Of a DNA stretch of 64,000 nt, positions 10,566 to 20,132 are shown in pieces. Source of the stretch: Schizochytrium sp. TIO01 (Eukaryota > Protista > Bigyra: Labyrinthulomycetes). Location of the stretch: the NCBI GenBank assembly GCA_004764695.1, contig SMSO01000010.1:1-64000 (forward strand). Reading direction: 5' to 3'. Position numbers and translations under genes: made by a program. The notes under the pieces are model-generated. The model had not been told where the DNA came from, searched no databases, and saw only the letters and a list, made by a program, of their open reading frames with translations. The first letter of the stretch is position 1. Every line of letters starts with the position of its first letter.

Positions 10566-11696
10566 ATGAGTGAAGTACTAGATATCGAGCAAGTGCAACA
10601 GGTTTACTCCAAGTATGCAAACCTCACTGTGGCCATGCAGCGCATAGTGCTCAACGATCCCACGGTGAAGAACGCTTCACCTCGCCTGCTGGACATCTGG
10701 CACTACACCAATCGCTTCATCGGAGAGACAGGCTTTGTATACCACGCAGCCCAAGTAGCACGCATGTGCGGACTGGCCTATGCTACTAAGCAGGATAGAA
10801 ACAATTTCAAGGTACGATTTCTCGAGGAGCACGGTGCAATAGGGGTGGATTGGGATTTTGTTAAGAAGTCGGAGGTTTTCCAAGGGGGTTCCGGGGAAAC
10901 TTCCATGGAATCCCAGATTGAAAACTCCATGATATTACCAGTGCCTGGGTCGACCACCGGTGAAACTGTTACAATTTCCCCGGGAGGAAATGCAGCCAAG
11001 TTTCCTATGCTAACCGAGAAGTTCGCTCGGCGCTTGATTTTGCGTTGCGGCCAGAAAGGCCTAGATAAGGACTACGCTGAGTTCCTCCTTGCCATGAATG
11101 ACATCGTAGTAAGGGTCGCAACGGGCCAGGGTGTGCACACTGAGGCAGAAGAGCAGTCTCGAGGGACCAAGCGCCCTGCTACCTGGAGGGAGGAACTGGA
11201 GTACAAGGAGCGCACGGAAAAGCTCGAATTGGAGCGCGCCAAAAGGCTTCGAGAGGAGGCCATCTCAAGACAAGAGCAGGCCAAGTTTTACTTGGAAATG
11301 CTCAAGGCGTTCCAAGGCGATGGATCCGAACGTGATCAGATTCTACAGATGGACTTTCAACGAAGTTTCATGACCTCTCTTCATAAAGCCACTCTTCGGG
11401 AGCTCGATGGAAATACTACTCCGCAAGACGCTCAGCTGCCCGCTATTCAGGACGCGCAGCCAGAGTATCACGAAATCACTATCTCTGAGGTCGCCTTACG
11501 CATCCTAAGTCGCATGCCAACCAATGGAGAACTACAAAAGTTCGGAAGGAAGACTGCGCAGCTCTATCGGCAAAAGTACAAATCCGATCCACCTAAGCGT
11601 GTTCAATACGTCGATGGCGCGCCGCGTCAAGTCAATTCTTACACCACCAAGGACCTTGATCTTATTGAAAAGGCAATTCATGAAGTAATGAATTAA
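10566..11696 (+). CDS. MSV199/KilA-N-like viral DNA-binding protein with coiled coil
   Basis: VARMCGL...NFK..FL....G.GVDW..V and MLT..F.R.LIL pattern typical of NCLDV MSV199/KilA-N-type proteins; two degenerate paralogs at 31.2-32.0 kb. Confidence 0.6.
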   Translation: MSEVLDIEQVQQVYSKYANLTVAMQRIVLNDPTVKNASPRLLDIWHYTNRFIGETGFVYHAAQVARMCGLAYATKQDRNNFKVRFLEEHGAIGVDWDFVKKSEVFQGGSGETSMESQIENSMILPVPGSTTGETVTISPGGNAAKFPMLTEKFARRLILRCGQKGLDKDYAEFLLAMNDIVVRVATGQGVHTEAEEQSRGTKRPATWREELEYKERTEKLELERAKRLREEAISRQEQAKFYLEMLKAFQGDGSERDQILQMDFQRSFMTSLHKATLRELDGNTTPQDAQLPAIQDAQPEYHEITISEVALRILSRMPTNGELQKFGRKTAQLYRQKYKSDPPKRVQYVDGAPRQVNSYTTKDLDLIEKAIHEVMN

Positions 11697-11811
11697 TTTA
11701 CTTAAAGAGTAAAATCAACTTAAATCAAAATTAAAAGGAATTCGAAAGGGCTCCCTTAATTTTCTATTAAACCTATCAAGCAATAAAGTATAAATTCTTT
11801 ACTTGTCAATC

Positions 11812-12507
11812 TCAATCTTCGCGAAAAAACTCCCTCTCACTGAAGGGTGTTTCTGGCATTGTATCATAGTTATAGGCCAGATCAATGAATACCATAGCGA
11901 GGTCGTCATGATCTTCTAAACAATCGATAAGGTGATTCAAATCCACTGGGTTGTTATCTACCGAAAAAGGAACCAAAGTGAAACTACCTTTATCTTGATA
12001 CTCGAATTGCTCAACGATTTGTTTGAAGAGATTAACTCGACGGCAGAAGCTTTCCAGATTTCGCGATTTGGATTTACACAGACTTTCGTAGGTAGAAGGA
12101 TCTGCCTTTTCATATATGTACACCGCCTTTTGCAGTTCGTCCATTAGAAGAACGAATCTCTCTAGATTGATTCCGATAGAACAGAGGTCTTCAAGGTCAG
12201 CAATTAGCATTTCAATTTCATTTTGCTCTCTGTCACTAGGAGGGCGCTGCGATGTTATTGCACAGAGCTCGCGGAGGCGCAAGTAGCAACCTTCAAAGCG
12301 AGGTGAAATGTGACTCCACACGTTCACTTCAAAAGGACTGAGAAAGCCGCGATTCTTTGACTCTTCGCGCGCAGCTTTCATATCATTTACAAGCTTATTG
12401 ATCTCGCTGGAATCTCGACCTGGGACAGAAAAAATCATGGTAAGCTGCTTCTTCATAAGGAAACAACCATAGAAAAAAGACAACAACTTATTTTCAAAAT
12501 TCATCAA
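11812..12507 (-). CDS. Hypothetical protein
   Basis: 231-aa ORF filling the gap between neighbours; true start may be a downstream Met. Confidence 0.6.
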   Translation of the reverse strand: MMNFENKLLSFFYGCFLMKKQLTMIFSVPGRDSSEINKLVNDMKAAREESKNRGFLSPFEVNVWSHISPRFEGCYLRLRELCAITSQRPPSDREQNEIEMLIADLEDLCSIGINLERFVLLMDELQKAVYIYEKADPSTYESLCKSKSRNLESFCRRVNLFKQIVEQFEYQDKGSFTLVPFSVDNNPVDLNHLIDCLEDHDDLAMVFIDLAYNYDTMPETPFSEREFFRED

Positions 12508-12519
12508 TAATAGTTATAG

Positions 12520-13119
12520 TTAAGCAGTTCCAGTCTTCTTGCGTGACTTACGATAGAAGTAGTAAGCCAAACCAAGAGCCCCTATAAGAAGAAGTGCGAG
12601 CACGCCTAGACCAATTCGATAGGTAAAAATACCTTCTTCTTCTCCAGTCTCCACAAGTTCTCCATCAACTGTATTTCTTAATAATAAAGCGCTCTGGGGA
12701 GATTCCTTCATATAAGGCGAAGCCATAAAGGCCAGCTGTTCATTGCGGCTGGCTCCCTGCATTGCTGCTGGCATTTGACCATTCGCCCAACCACTGTAAT
12801 GTGCCTTAACATCCTCGAACTTGGGAATTGGTTTGTTATTGCGCCTGTTTACCTGATTTTGAGCGTCGTACACCCAGCGCGCTAGAGATTCGCGACTCTT
12901 CATATCTGGAGGAGAGCTTTTCAGGTAAGATTTGAAGTGCGTACGGCAATTTGGACAAGGAAGAACATTGCCTATAGCTTCTAAGAAGTGTTTATAGTCA
13001 GACTGGTGAGACGAAGTGGGTGCTAAAGGATAGCTCCATGCTACTGAATGCAAAACCTTCCAAGTACAAGGCCCAAAAAACTCAACAAAGCGAGAAGGGT
13101 ATCCTGAGTCAACTGCCAT
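12520..13119 (-). CDS. Erv1/Alr-family FAD sulfhydryl oxidase (poxvirus E10R-like) with C-terminal TM
   Basis: FGPCTWKVLHSVAWSYP, LPCPNCRTHF (CxxC), WVY..QN.VNRR..KP. Confidence 0.92.
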   Translation of the reverse strand: MAVDSGYPSRFVEFFGPCTWKVLHSVAWSYPLAPTSSHQSDYKHFLEAIGNVLPCPNCRTHFKSYLKSSPPDMKSRESLARWVYDAQNQVNRRNNKPIPKFEDVKAHYSGWANGQMPAAMQGASRNEQLAFMASPYMKESPQSALLLRNTVDGELVETGEEEGIFTYRIGLGVLALLLIGALGLAYYFYRKSRKKTGTA

Positions 13120-13239
13120 TGGATTTTTTGTTTTGGTAAAACCTCTTTTTGGTGTGTTAGTGGGAAATCAAAAAAGTATTGACGGAAATATTTTGTGTAG
13201 CTCCTAGCAAGACAAAAATTGACGTTTCAGAAAACCAAA

Positions 13240-14103
13240 ATGTCCATTCTCTCTGTTTTAAAGCCCAACACAGCTAGTGCAGCAACCAACACAAACACTG
13301 CTTCTACTGGTACGCCCACAAACAGCAACAAGAATGTACAGATTCCATCTAATGAACAGAACAAGCTTGAAGACAAGAGACGCAAGCGCCGCTTGATTTT
13401 TGCCGGTGTTATTGCGTCAATCTCTCTTGTTTTGCTCGGAGTGTGGTGGCTCAAGCAGCGTCGCATGCTTCGCTTTTTGACGGAGCGTCGCAAGCAGAAC
13501 AAGAGTGCAAATGAGATCCCAGTTGCAGGTCCGGAAGAGGAGGCTGCCCTCGAGCAAGCCCTTGGCCGTGCGGCTGTAAACAATGAAACTCCTAAGCTTT
13601 CCCAAGACGACCTTGTTGAGCTAGCCAACCAGCTTAAAGTCCGTGGCTTTCAGTTGATGGGTTCCAGCCACTGCATCTGGACAAAGCGCCAGCGCGAGTT
13701 CTTTGGTACTTCTCCGAAGGACCCTGCTCGCAAGATCTTAGAGACTATCTACCACGAGTGTGTGAGTGCTCGCGACCCGAAGTGCAGCACATTGCCTGGC
13801 TTTCCTACTTGGATCAACGAACGCAAGAAGGGTGGCAAGGGTCAGTGGCCGGGCTTCCGCGATGAAGTAGCACTGAAGACCATGCTAAATGAGGTAGGTG
13901 ATACTGTAGAGATTGAAGAAATCGAGGAAGAGCAAGAACCTGCACCCACGCCCACACCAGCGCCCGCGGCAGTGCAAGCGCCAGCGCCAGTAGAGGAAGC
14001 ACCTGCGCCAGTACCTGCGGTGCCAAGTCAGGCTTTGAATGATGTTGCAAGAGACTTTGCTAAGACTATTCGTTCACTTACTAGTGTAAGCGCAACGGCT
14101 TAA
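13240..14103 (+). CDS. Membrane-anchored thioredoxin/glutaredoxin-fold protein (CxWT)
   Basis: N-terminal TM; LMGSSHCIWTKRQREFFG...YHEC...C...GFPTW...PG matches the Trx-fold pattern with the cis-Pro FPT motif. First ATG at 13240. Confidence 0.75.
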   Translation: MSILSVLKPNTASAATNTNTASTGTPTNSNKNVQIPSNEQNKLEDKRRKRRLIFAGVIASISLVLLGVWWLKQRRMLRFLTERRKQNKSANEIPVAGPEEEAALEQALGRAAVNNETPKLSQDDLVELANQLKVRGFQLMGSSHCIWTKRQREFFGTSPKDPARKILETIYHECVSARDPKCSTLPGFPTWINERKKGGKGQWPGFRDEVALKTMLNEVGDTVEIEEIEEEQEPAPTPTPAPAAVQAPAPVEEAPAPVPAVPSQALNDVARDFAKTIRSLTSVSATA

Positions 14104-14206
14104 AATGAAACATATTTAGAATATCCGAAAGTTCCACATTGGTTCTTTGTCAGTTCTCTCGATCATTCGAAGGAGAATACACGAAGCAACAATAAACAAT
14201 TTCCTT

Positions 14207-14515
14207 TTAATTTTTCCAATTTACATGCAATTTGTCTTCATTGCGCATGACCACAAAACCCTTCGCCACAAGCGTGCGTTTGATGGCCTTTGCTAACACA
14301 ATTGGATCCGTGCAAGATCCATCTAAGACCAAGCTTGGAGCCACAAAGTTCAACTCATTGTAACCTTGTCTTGAAAGGGATCGAATGAGACGGTAAACGC
14401 GTCGCATGGTAAGGGTGTAATTGATGTCGATGCCCGTCCGGTTCTTTGGAAGCATTGCGCGAGCCATCGAAGCAGATAACTCGCTTTCATCATTATCTAA
14501 ATTTCCTTGATTCAT
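14207..14515 (-). CDS. Small NCLDV-type conserved hypothetical protein
   Basis: F.AP..V.....D......I...L..KGF.V.....L.V.W pattern recalled from phycodna/mimivirus hypothetical proteins. Confidence 0.65.
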   Translation of the reverse strand: MNQGNLDNDESELSASMARAMLPKNRTGIDINYTLTMRRVYRLIRSLSRQGYNELNFVAPSLVLDGSCTDPIVLAKAIKRTLVAKGFVVMRNEDKLHVNWKN

Positions 14516-14616
14516 ATACTACCTTTTTACAATAATATCAACTTGTGAGATTTTTTTTCACCCAAAATACTTTCTAAAACCAAAGTACGAGCTAATAGTG
14601 CGCGCAAAAGAAGAAA

Positions 14617-15606
14617 ATGTCCTTCAATGCTTCAGAAATCGAAGAACGTCTGAGGAATGCAGGTTTGATTATGCCCCACGAGAAAATGCTTGTTTCTATG
14701 TCAAACTTGTCTGACTTCCTTAAATCAGTCGTTGTTCGCCACCAATCAGCAGTAGCTCTAATTCCGTGCCGCTTGAATGTCGCATTTTTTCATGCAGAAC
14801 CAACAGCGCGTATGCTGCATGATGTCATTTTTATCCGAGGGTCAATTCGCATGGAGGCAGAGAACACTCGCAGTAGAAAAAGCCCTTTACCTGTCTGTGT
14901 AGTTCGTCTAGGACCCACACGGAATGAACCTGCAAAGGCCCACTTCTTCAGTACGAGCGAGGCACCCGATGTTATGGTGAAAAATTGGGGCGGAGCAGCC
15001 TCATTCGCATTTTTAATCATGCGTGAAACACCGCCTACAATCGAAAGTGATAGAGAAGCCATTTCACCTTCTGCAAGCGAAACGCCAAACTCCTACTCAG
15101 CATGCATGACAGGAAGTGGAGACCAAGTTATTGAAACCCATCCTAAGCTTTACAGTAAACTCAACGAGCTCTTTCAGTTCGACTCAGACCCCTGCCCTGT
15201 CTTCCCCAAAGAAGATGCAATGGTAACTTCCTGGGGTAAACGAGCATACGTAAATGCACCTTTTAGCTATGCAGCTGGTTTTGCAGCTAGAGCAGCCACA
15301 TTAGCCGAAGAAGAAGGAACAATTACTGTGATGCTTGCACCTGCTCGCACAGGAACATTTTGGGTCAGACACCTTTCTCAAAGCGGAATGCTCCGTGCTG
15401 TTGTTTCTCTTTATGGACATGTTCCCTTCAAAGGGCATAAAAATGGAATGATGCACGCGCTCATGCTCCTTATTATCGCACCTCCCACCATGGGAGACAC
15501 CCAAACACTCTTCCTTACCTGGGACCCTAATATTACAGACGCTCGACGCAAAACAAAAATGAGGGACACCTTCCCTCAGGCACTTAGCTCGTTGCTTCAG
15601 TTGTAG
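14617..15606 (+). CDS. Phage-type DNA N6-adenine methyltransferase (Dam-like) with N-terminal extension
   Basis: THPKLY..L...FQFDSDPCP, D....W...YVNAPFS, VMLAPARTGT.W. Confidence 0.78.
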   Translation: MSFNASEIEERLRNAGLIMPHEKMLVSMSNLSDFLKSVVVRHQSAVALIPCRLNVAFFHAEPTARMLHDVIFIRGSIRMEAENTRSRKSPLPVCVVRLGPTRNEPAKAHFFSTSEAPDVMVKNWGGAASFAFLIMRETPPTIESDREAISPSASETPNSYSACMTGSGDQVIETHPKLYSKLNELFQFDSDPCPVFPKEDAMVTSWGKRAYVNAPFSYAAGFAARAATLAEEEGTITVMLAPARTGTFWVRHLSQSGMLRAVVSLYGHVPFKGHKNGMMHALMLLIIAPPTMGDTQTLFLTWDPNITDARRKTKMRDTFPQALSSLLQL

Positions 15607-16060
15607 TGGTCGAGTCAACGAGCTTGGACCAAGGAAATTTTGCGTCTTCAGCACTGCGCAACAAAGTGAGACTGGAGTTCAACGTAACTAGATGAAACAA
15701 AGTTGTGGCAGTCTGAGAGGATAGCGGCGACTGTTTGTATTTATCCTGGTCCCCCCTAACCGCGTGCTTGATAAGACGTGCAATTGCAATAGCTCCTTCA
15801 AACATAACAAAGACTCCTTGGATTCCTACCATTAATTGAATCACAGATTTGACCTCTTCACCTTGCAACATATGAGTAAACACAAGCGTACTCATTAGCA
15901 CAAGTAGCATCGAGTATGCTACAAAAGACATTCGAAGAACAAATAAATGAATCATTTTACCGGAAATTAATTGAGAGAGCACACGAAAGCTATTCTTACG
16001 AGGTGCACCGAAAAAAAAGTTTCTTAAGAGGGAGAAGGCAAAGCAAGAGGACGAGGACAA
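15584..16060 (-). CDS. Hypothetical membrane protein
   Basis: Two hydrophobic segments; start probably an internal Met. Confidence 0.5.
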   Translation of the reverse strand: MSSSSCFAFSLLRNFFFGAPRKNSFRVLSQLISGKMIHLFVLRMSFVAYSMLLVLMSTLVFTHMLQGEEVKSVIQLMVGIQGVFVMFEGAIAIARLIKHAVRGDQDKYKQSPLSSQTATTLFHLVTLNSSLTLLRSAEDAKFPWSKLVDSTTTTEATS

Positions 16061-16644
16061 GTAACAGACTCTAATTGCTCCAAGGCTTCACTACAGAGCT
16101 CACTTGGACACCTGTTTGCCATGCATGCTCGCACAGGATCAAAAACACGATACAACTCACCACGGAGGCGGGCCGCTGCACCAACGTCCTCTGCTTTACA
16201 AGCCGCAAGATACTGTTTATAAATATCTGTACGCCTCATACCCTTCTCAAAACCAAAAGTCTCGCAGACGCTAAGAGTCGTGCGATTATTGATCAATTTG
16301 TAATGCCGGAAGAAACCATCCAAATTGTCCATAAGTAAAAGACCCACTAAGATAGATAAAAGCAAACGAATGTGGAGATCACCCCACAGTAGTGAATAAA
16401 GAAGCAATCCTGCTCCTATAGAAATGCTCAGTTGAATCGGAAAAACGATAGACCAAAAGGATAGGTAGTCACGATTAACCTGCACTAAACCCATCGCAAT
16501 GAAACCAGCTAGGATCAGCAAGGAACCAAGAGTAGCCTGGTTTACACGATCAGCAAACCATGGCGATAAACCAACTTGCTGAGATCGCGAAGAATGCCCA
16601 AACAGATTCCCAGATCTTCCGCGAGTTAAAAGATCAATAGACAT
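16024..16644 (-). CDS. Hypothetical multi-pass membrane protein with Cys-rich C-terminus
   Basis: About three hydrophobic segments; ATG-started 206-aa ORF. Confidence 0.6.
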   Translation of the reverse strand: MSIDLLTRGRSGNLFGHSSRSQQVGLSPWFADRVNQATLGSLLILAGFIAMGLVQVNRDYLSFWSIVFPIQLSISIGAGLLLYSLLWGDLHIRLLLSILVGLLLMDNLDGFFRHYKLINNRTTLSVCETFGFEKGMRRTDIYKQYLAACKAEDVGAAARLRGELYRVFDPVRACMANRCPSELCSEALEQLESVTCPRPLALPSPS

Positions 16645-16680
16645 ACTTTAAATGCTTTACTTACAAACTCTAAAAAACGT

Positions 16681-18078
16681 TCAAGGAGAAGTCTCCAAGC
16701 CATCGGCCTCGGGTTCGTCGTTCGCATCTGACTCTCCCTCTGGTGCTCTCTTCTCTTTGGAAACCACTTCAATCATCTCATTCCAATCCTTTTCCAATGA
16801 CCCAGTGTGTTTCTTGACTACAGTGTCCCGCACCGAATTCTTTAGATTGTTCTTAAATAGCATATATGCATTATAAACACCCGAACAAATAGAATCGTCA
16901 GAGGCAAAATCAAAATGAGGTGGAAATAGACCAGGCAATTTGTAACCCATGTAATCTTGAATAAGTTCCTCAGCGTCAAACGAATTACTTTCCGGGAGGT
17001 AATACTTTCTTATAAATGCCATCCGCTGTGTCTTGCTTTTATCGCGACGGTTCGTGGAGCGATAATGAAACGGACGGGGGTTCATACCTTTGTAATCCAA
17101 AAACGAGAACACCTTATTTGCTCGGTTCTTCTCAACCATAACCCTTTTTATAGCACTGTGAAGATCCTCCTTGTTTGATTCAGAACTCTTCTCTTCTGAA
17201 TTCACAGAAATCGCATTGGAGGATGAAGAGGCCGGGACTGTGAGTGGTGTCGTGCTATGGTCTGCCGTTTCTGGTTCTGCGATCTCATCTTCTGGTTCTG
17301 ACTGATACATGGGAGAGGCGCCACCATCACTCTCATTAGCTACTATAAAGGGGTCTTCGTCTGTGGTACGAAACTCGGACCTCTCCGAGGACCTCCCGGT
17401 ACTTCCACGGGCCATAGGTGTTTTGAACCTTGGATCTGTATCATTGCGTGGAAAAGGTGATAATCTGCGATCTCTTTGGTGAAAACGCGATTTCTTTGCT
17501 GAGCTTGAACGTCTAGGAAATCTTTCATCAAAATCTCGCGAATAATCTCTTTCTTCAGACTGAGATTCACGAAACTCACGTAACATAGTTTGCTTCAGTT
17601 CACCCAACATTCGCTTGAAAACATTCATTTCCTTCTCTATCTGAGAGATCTTTTCATCAAATCTATCTTCAAAACCTTCAAAAGCTTTCAACATATTAAA
17701 ATTCACAGAGGATTGACGCTTAGTGAATTTTGCAACCTCTTCTTTGAGTTCATTCATAAATTTGGTCCTAGATTCCAGATCCTGTTTATAAAAACATTGT
17801 AGGTCATCACTTTTTACATCAAAGCGGACATTTCTATTGTCATCTGGTTCAACTCTTCTTTTCTTATGATTTAAAAGAGAAATTCCAACAGAATTTTGTG
17901 GAATTTCAATAGCGCCGGAATCCACCTTACTGGTTTCATGTTGAGACTCCAAAGCGGGCTCAGGGTCCCCCGAGACTTTATTTAAGTCAAAACCTTCAAT
18001 TGAATCTAATTCTGCAGAAATTTTTGCTTGGCTTCTAACTGTCGTGGGTGTTTCCCCCGCATAGTTCGTTGATGCCAT
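16681..18078 (-). CDS. Hypothetical coiled-coil/low-complexity protein (possibly transposon ORF1/gag-like)
   Basis: 465-aa ORF with a coiled coil and R/S-rich disorder; no recognised motif. Confidence 0.6.
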   Translation of the reverse strand: MASTNYAGETPTTVRSQAKISAELDSIEGFDLNKVSGDPEPALESQHETSKVDSGAIEIPQNSVGISLLNHKKRRVEPDDNRNVRFDVKSDDLQCFYKQDLESRTKFMNELKEEVAKFTKRQSSVNFNMLKAFEGFEDRFDEKISQIEKEMNVFKRMLGELKQTMLREFRESQSEERDYSRDFDERFPRRSSSAKKSRFHQRDRRLSPFPRNDTDPRFKTPMARGSTGRSSERSEFRTTDEDPFIVANESDGGASPMYQSEPEDEIAEPETADHSTTPLTVPASSSSNAISVNSEEKSSESNKEDLHSAIKRVMVEKNRANKVFSFLDYKGMNPRPFHYRSTNRRDKSKTQRMAFIRKYYLPESNSFDAEELIQDYMGYKLPGLFPPHFDFASDDSICSGVYNAYMLFKNNLKNSVRDTVVKKHTGSLEKDWNEMIEVVSKEKRAPEGESDANDEPEADGLETSP

Positions 18079-18230
18079 GGTCGCGACTGGCTAGACTGTG
18101 GCACCCCCCCAAATGCGCTAGACAGCTTGCAGCTTGTATCCTCGTATACTATTTATTCTCTGTATTCGAGTTTTACTCATCGTCTTGTATCTAATTAATT
18201 CTCTGCTTAAGTTTTCATAACAAAAAGCGC

Positions 18231-18665
18231 AGACTCATAAAAGCTTTAAAAACATTTGAAAATGACCCAACTAAACCACAAGTAGCCTTAATTATAGAAG
18301 ACGATGCACAGTGGTTAAAAGGAAGAAGTCACAATGAACAAATCGAGAATCTTTTAAAGGACACTTCATGGTCAGTTTGTTTACTGTCCTGCAACGGGAA
18401 AGCGAAAAAAAAGAATAATTTAACAAGTTTTGCCACTCAGTGCCTCACGGCTTCTGCGTATTTGATACGCCTAAATTATGCACCAACCTTAAGAAATTTC
18501 TGGGAGGAAGCTCATAAAAGAAAACCCTTTCAACCAATTGATGTTACCTGGTTTGAATTAATGAAAAACGACCCTGACCAATGGGTTCTATCTAGACCCA
18601 AACTTGTTAAACAGCGAGCTTCTTATTCAGACATTCAAAAAGGTTATGTAGACTATGGAGTTTAA
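18231..18665 (+). pseudogene. 5'-truncated glycosyltransferase family 25 gene
   Basis: Open frame reads IKAL...ALIIEDDA.W...CLTASAYLI...PIDVTW...P.LVKQRASYSDI. No in-frame ATG upstream of this region (stop at 18192-18194); the N-terminal part is absent. Confidence 0.75.
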
Positions 18666-18788
18666 TTTAATTCTTTTTTAATGAGAGTTTTCTTTCATTT
18701 AATTCAATGAACAAAAAAGGTTCTAGCTAGACCGAGATTTTGGAAATAAAATGAATAAGAATATCTCATGAAATAAACAAAAAGATAA

Positions 18789-19769
18789 ATGGAAAACAAA
18801 TGGAAAGTCCATTGGATCGTCGGGGGTGTCTCATGTGGAATTGGCCTTAGCACACTTGTCGCTGGTCAAATTTTTGTAAACTCATCCGAATCGCGCTCAC
18901 TTAGTAGTGCTACAGTAGCAGCAACAACGACTCCATCTGGCACGACAACGGCGGCAAGCACAACTACAGTGGCAAGCACGACAACAGTGGCAAGCACAAC
19001 AACCGCAGTAAGCACAACACAAACTCCCACAACAACTGCTTCTACAACCACCACAGTGCCCGTCACAGAACCAACAGCTCCTACCGCCCCTGATTGCTTT
19101 GAAGTGGACTCTAGTTTGACTATTTGTTCCGGTGATATTTATAAAATTAAACAAAGCGGTGAAAACAGGTTTGTTGAATTTGAAAGCTCGTGGTACAGCG
19201 GCAGTGATAACATCTTTAATGGGAGACGATTTCGCAATATTCTAATGGTCTATGATAGCTCAGGGGCCAATAAATCGACACGACTCTGGCAAGTTGAAGC
19301 GAGGTCAAATGCTTCAAGTACTAAAGAATTCTACTTTACCGCCGCCAATGTGGGTTACATGGAATTTGCTTCATATCAAAGCAGTGTCCTCGGTTATGTA
19401 CCCGAAGACGGTGGAAACAAAGGCTCGGCCCTTAAACTCACCAAAGTAACCGGTGGTTATCATATCACAAACGTAGACAACGGCAAGAAATTAGCAGCGA
19501 CATCAGGGCTTTACGGCCAGGGACTCTATGCACAAGACCTAGCTAGCCCTATGCCTACTTATAATGTCTTTGAAATGATACCAATTTCTCAAGTCTCGCG
19601 AGACGGATCGGACGGCACTAGTACACAGCAAACGAATTCAAATAAAACATCAGGATGGGTTCTTACAATTGCTGGTGCTAGTTTGTTTCTTTTTGGGCTT
19701 GCTATTTTGATACATGCTGGTATCGCGAAACAAAAAGAAAATAAACTAAATCTCGAAGTAAATACTTAA
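18789..19769 (+). CDS. Double-anchor membrane protein (family member 3)
   Basis: N-terminal TM, ESRS, ASTTTV repeats, CFEVDSSLTICSGDIYKIK, C-terminal TM. Confidence 0.85.
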   Translation: MENKWKVHWIVGGVSCGIGLSTLVAGQIFVNSSESRSLSSATVAATTTPSGTTTAASTTTVASTTTVASTTTAVSTTQTPTTTASTTTTVPVTEPTAPTAPDCFEVDSSLTICSGDIYKIKQSGENRFVEFESSWYSGSDNIFNGRRFRNILMVYDSSGANKSTRLWQVEARSNASSTKEFYFTAANVGYMEFASYQSSVLGYVPEDGGNKGSALKLTKVTGGYHITNVDNGKKLAATSGLYGQGLYAQDLASPMPTYNVFEMIPISQVSRDGSDGTSTQQTNSNKTSGWVLTIAGASLFLFGLAILIHAGIAKQKENKLNLEVNT

Positions 19770-19844
19770 TTTTACATGCGAAGTGTTTTAAAACCTCGCA
19801 CGGCTCAAAATCAGAAAACAGATGTTTCGTTGAAAGTGCATTTA

Positions 19845-20069
19845 TCACTTAGAATCATCCAAAGCTTTAAAGAAAAACGAAGACAACATTACAACACCAA
19901 GTACACCTCCGAAACCCAGAAAGACAGCAGCCACCCAAGCCAAAAATAAGAATACAGCTAAAACGATTAAAGTAAACACTATTTGAACGATTACTGCCAA
20001 ACCGAATTTGATTCTGTTGCGTTTGCCTGGAACTTGTGGAGCGTCGTTTAGCGAAATTAGTTCGGTCAT
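19845..20069 (-). CDS. Small 2-TM membrane protein
   Basis: 74 aa, strongly hydrophobic, ATG in AAACATG context. Confidence 0.55.
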   Translation of the reverse strand: MTELISLNDAPQVPGKRNRIKFGLAVIVQIVFTLIVLAVFLFLAWVAAVFLGFGGVLGVVMLSSFFFKALDDSK

Positions 20070-20132
20070 GTTTGTTTTTACCTTCTAAACATAAAAAATA
20101 ATAAAATGGGTTGTTCAAATAACAGGTACATA

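Noticed and set aside
13215-13222. AAAATTGA, the mimivirus early promoter motif, upstream of the Trx-like gene
   Set aside because: Only one well-placed occurrence noticed in AT-rich DNA; enrichment cannot be shown
18097-18222. TG...CA-bounded segment next to the 465-aa ORF as a possible LTR/PBS
   Set aside because: No second copy, TSD or convincing tRNA-complementary PBS
19776-19800. Imperfect hairpin between convergent genes (possible hairpin-rule terminator)
   Set aside because: No comparable hairpins found consistently at other gene ends
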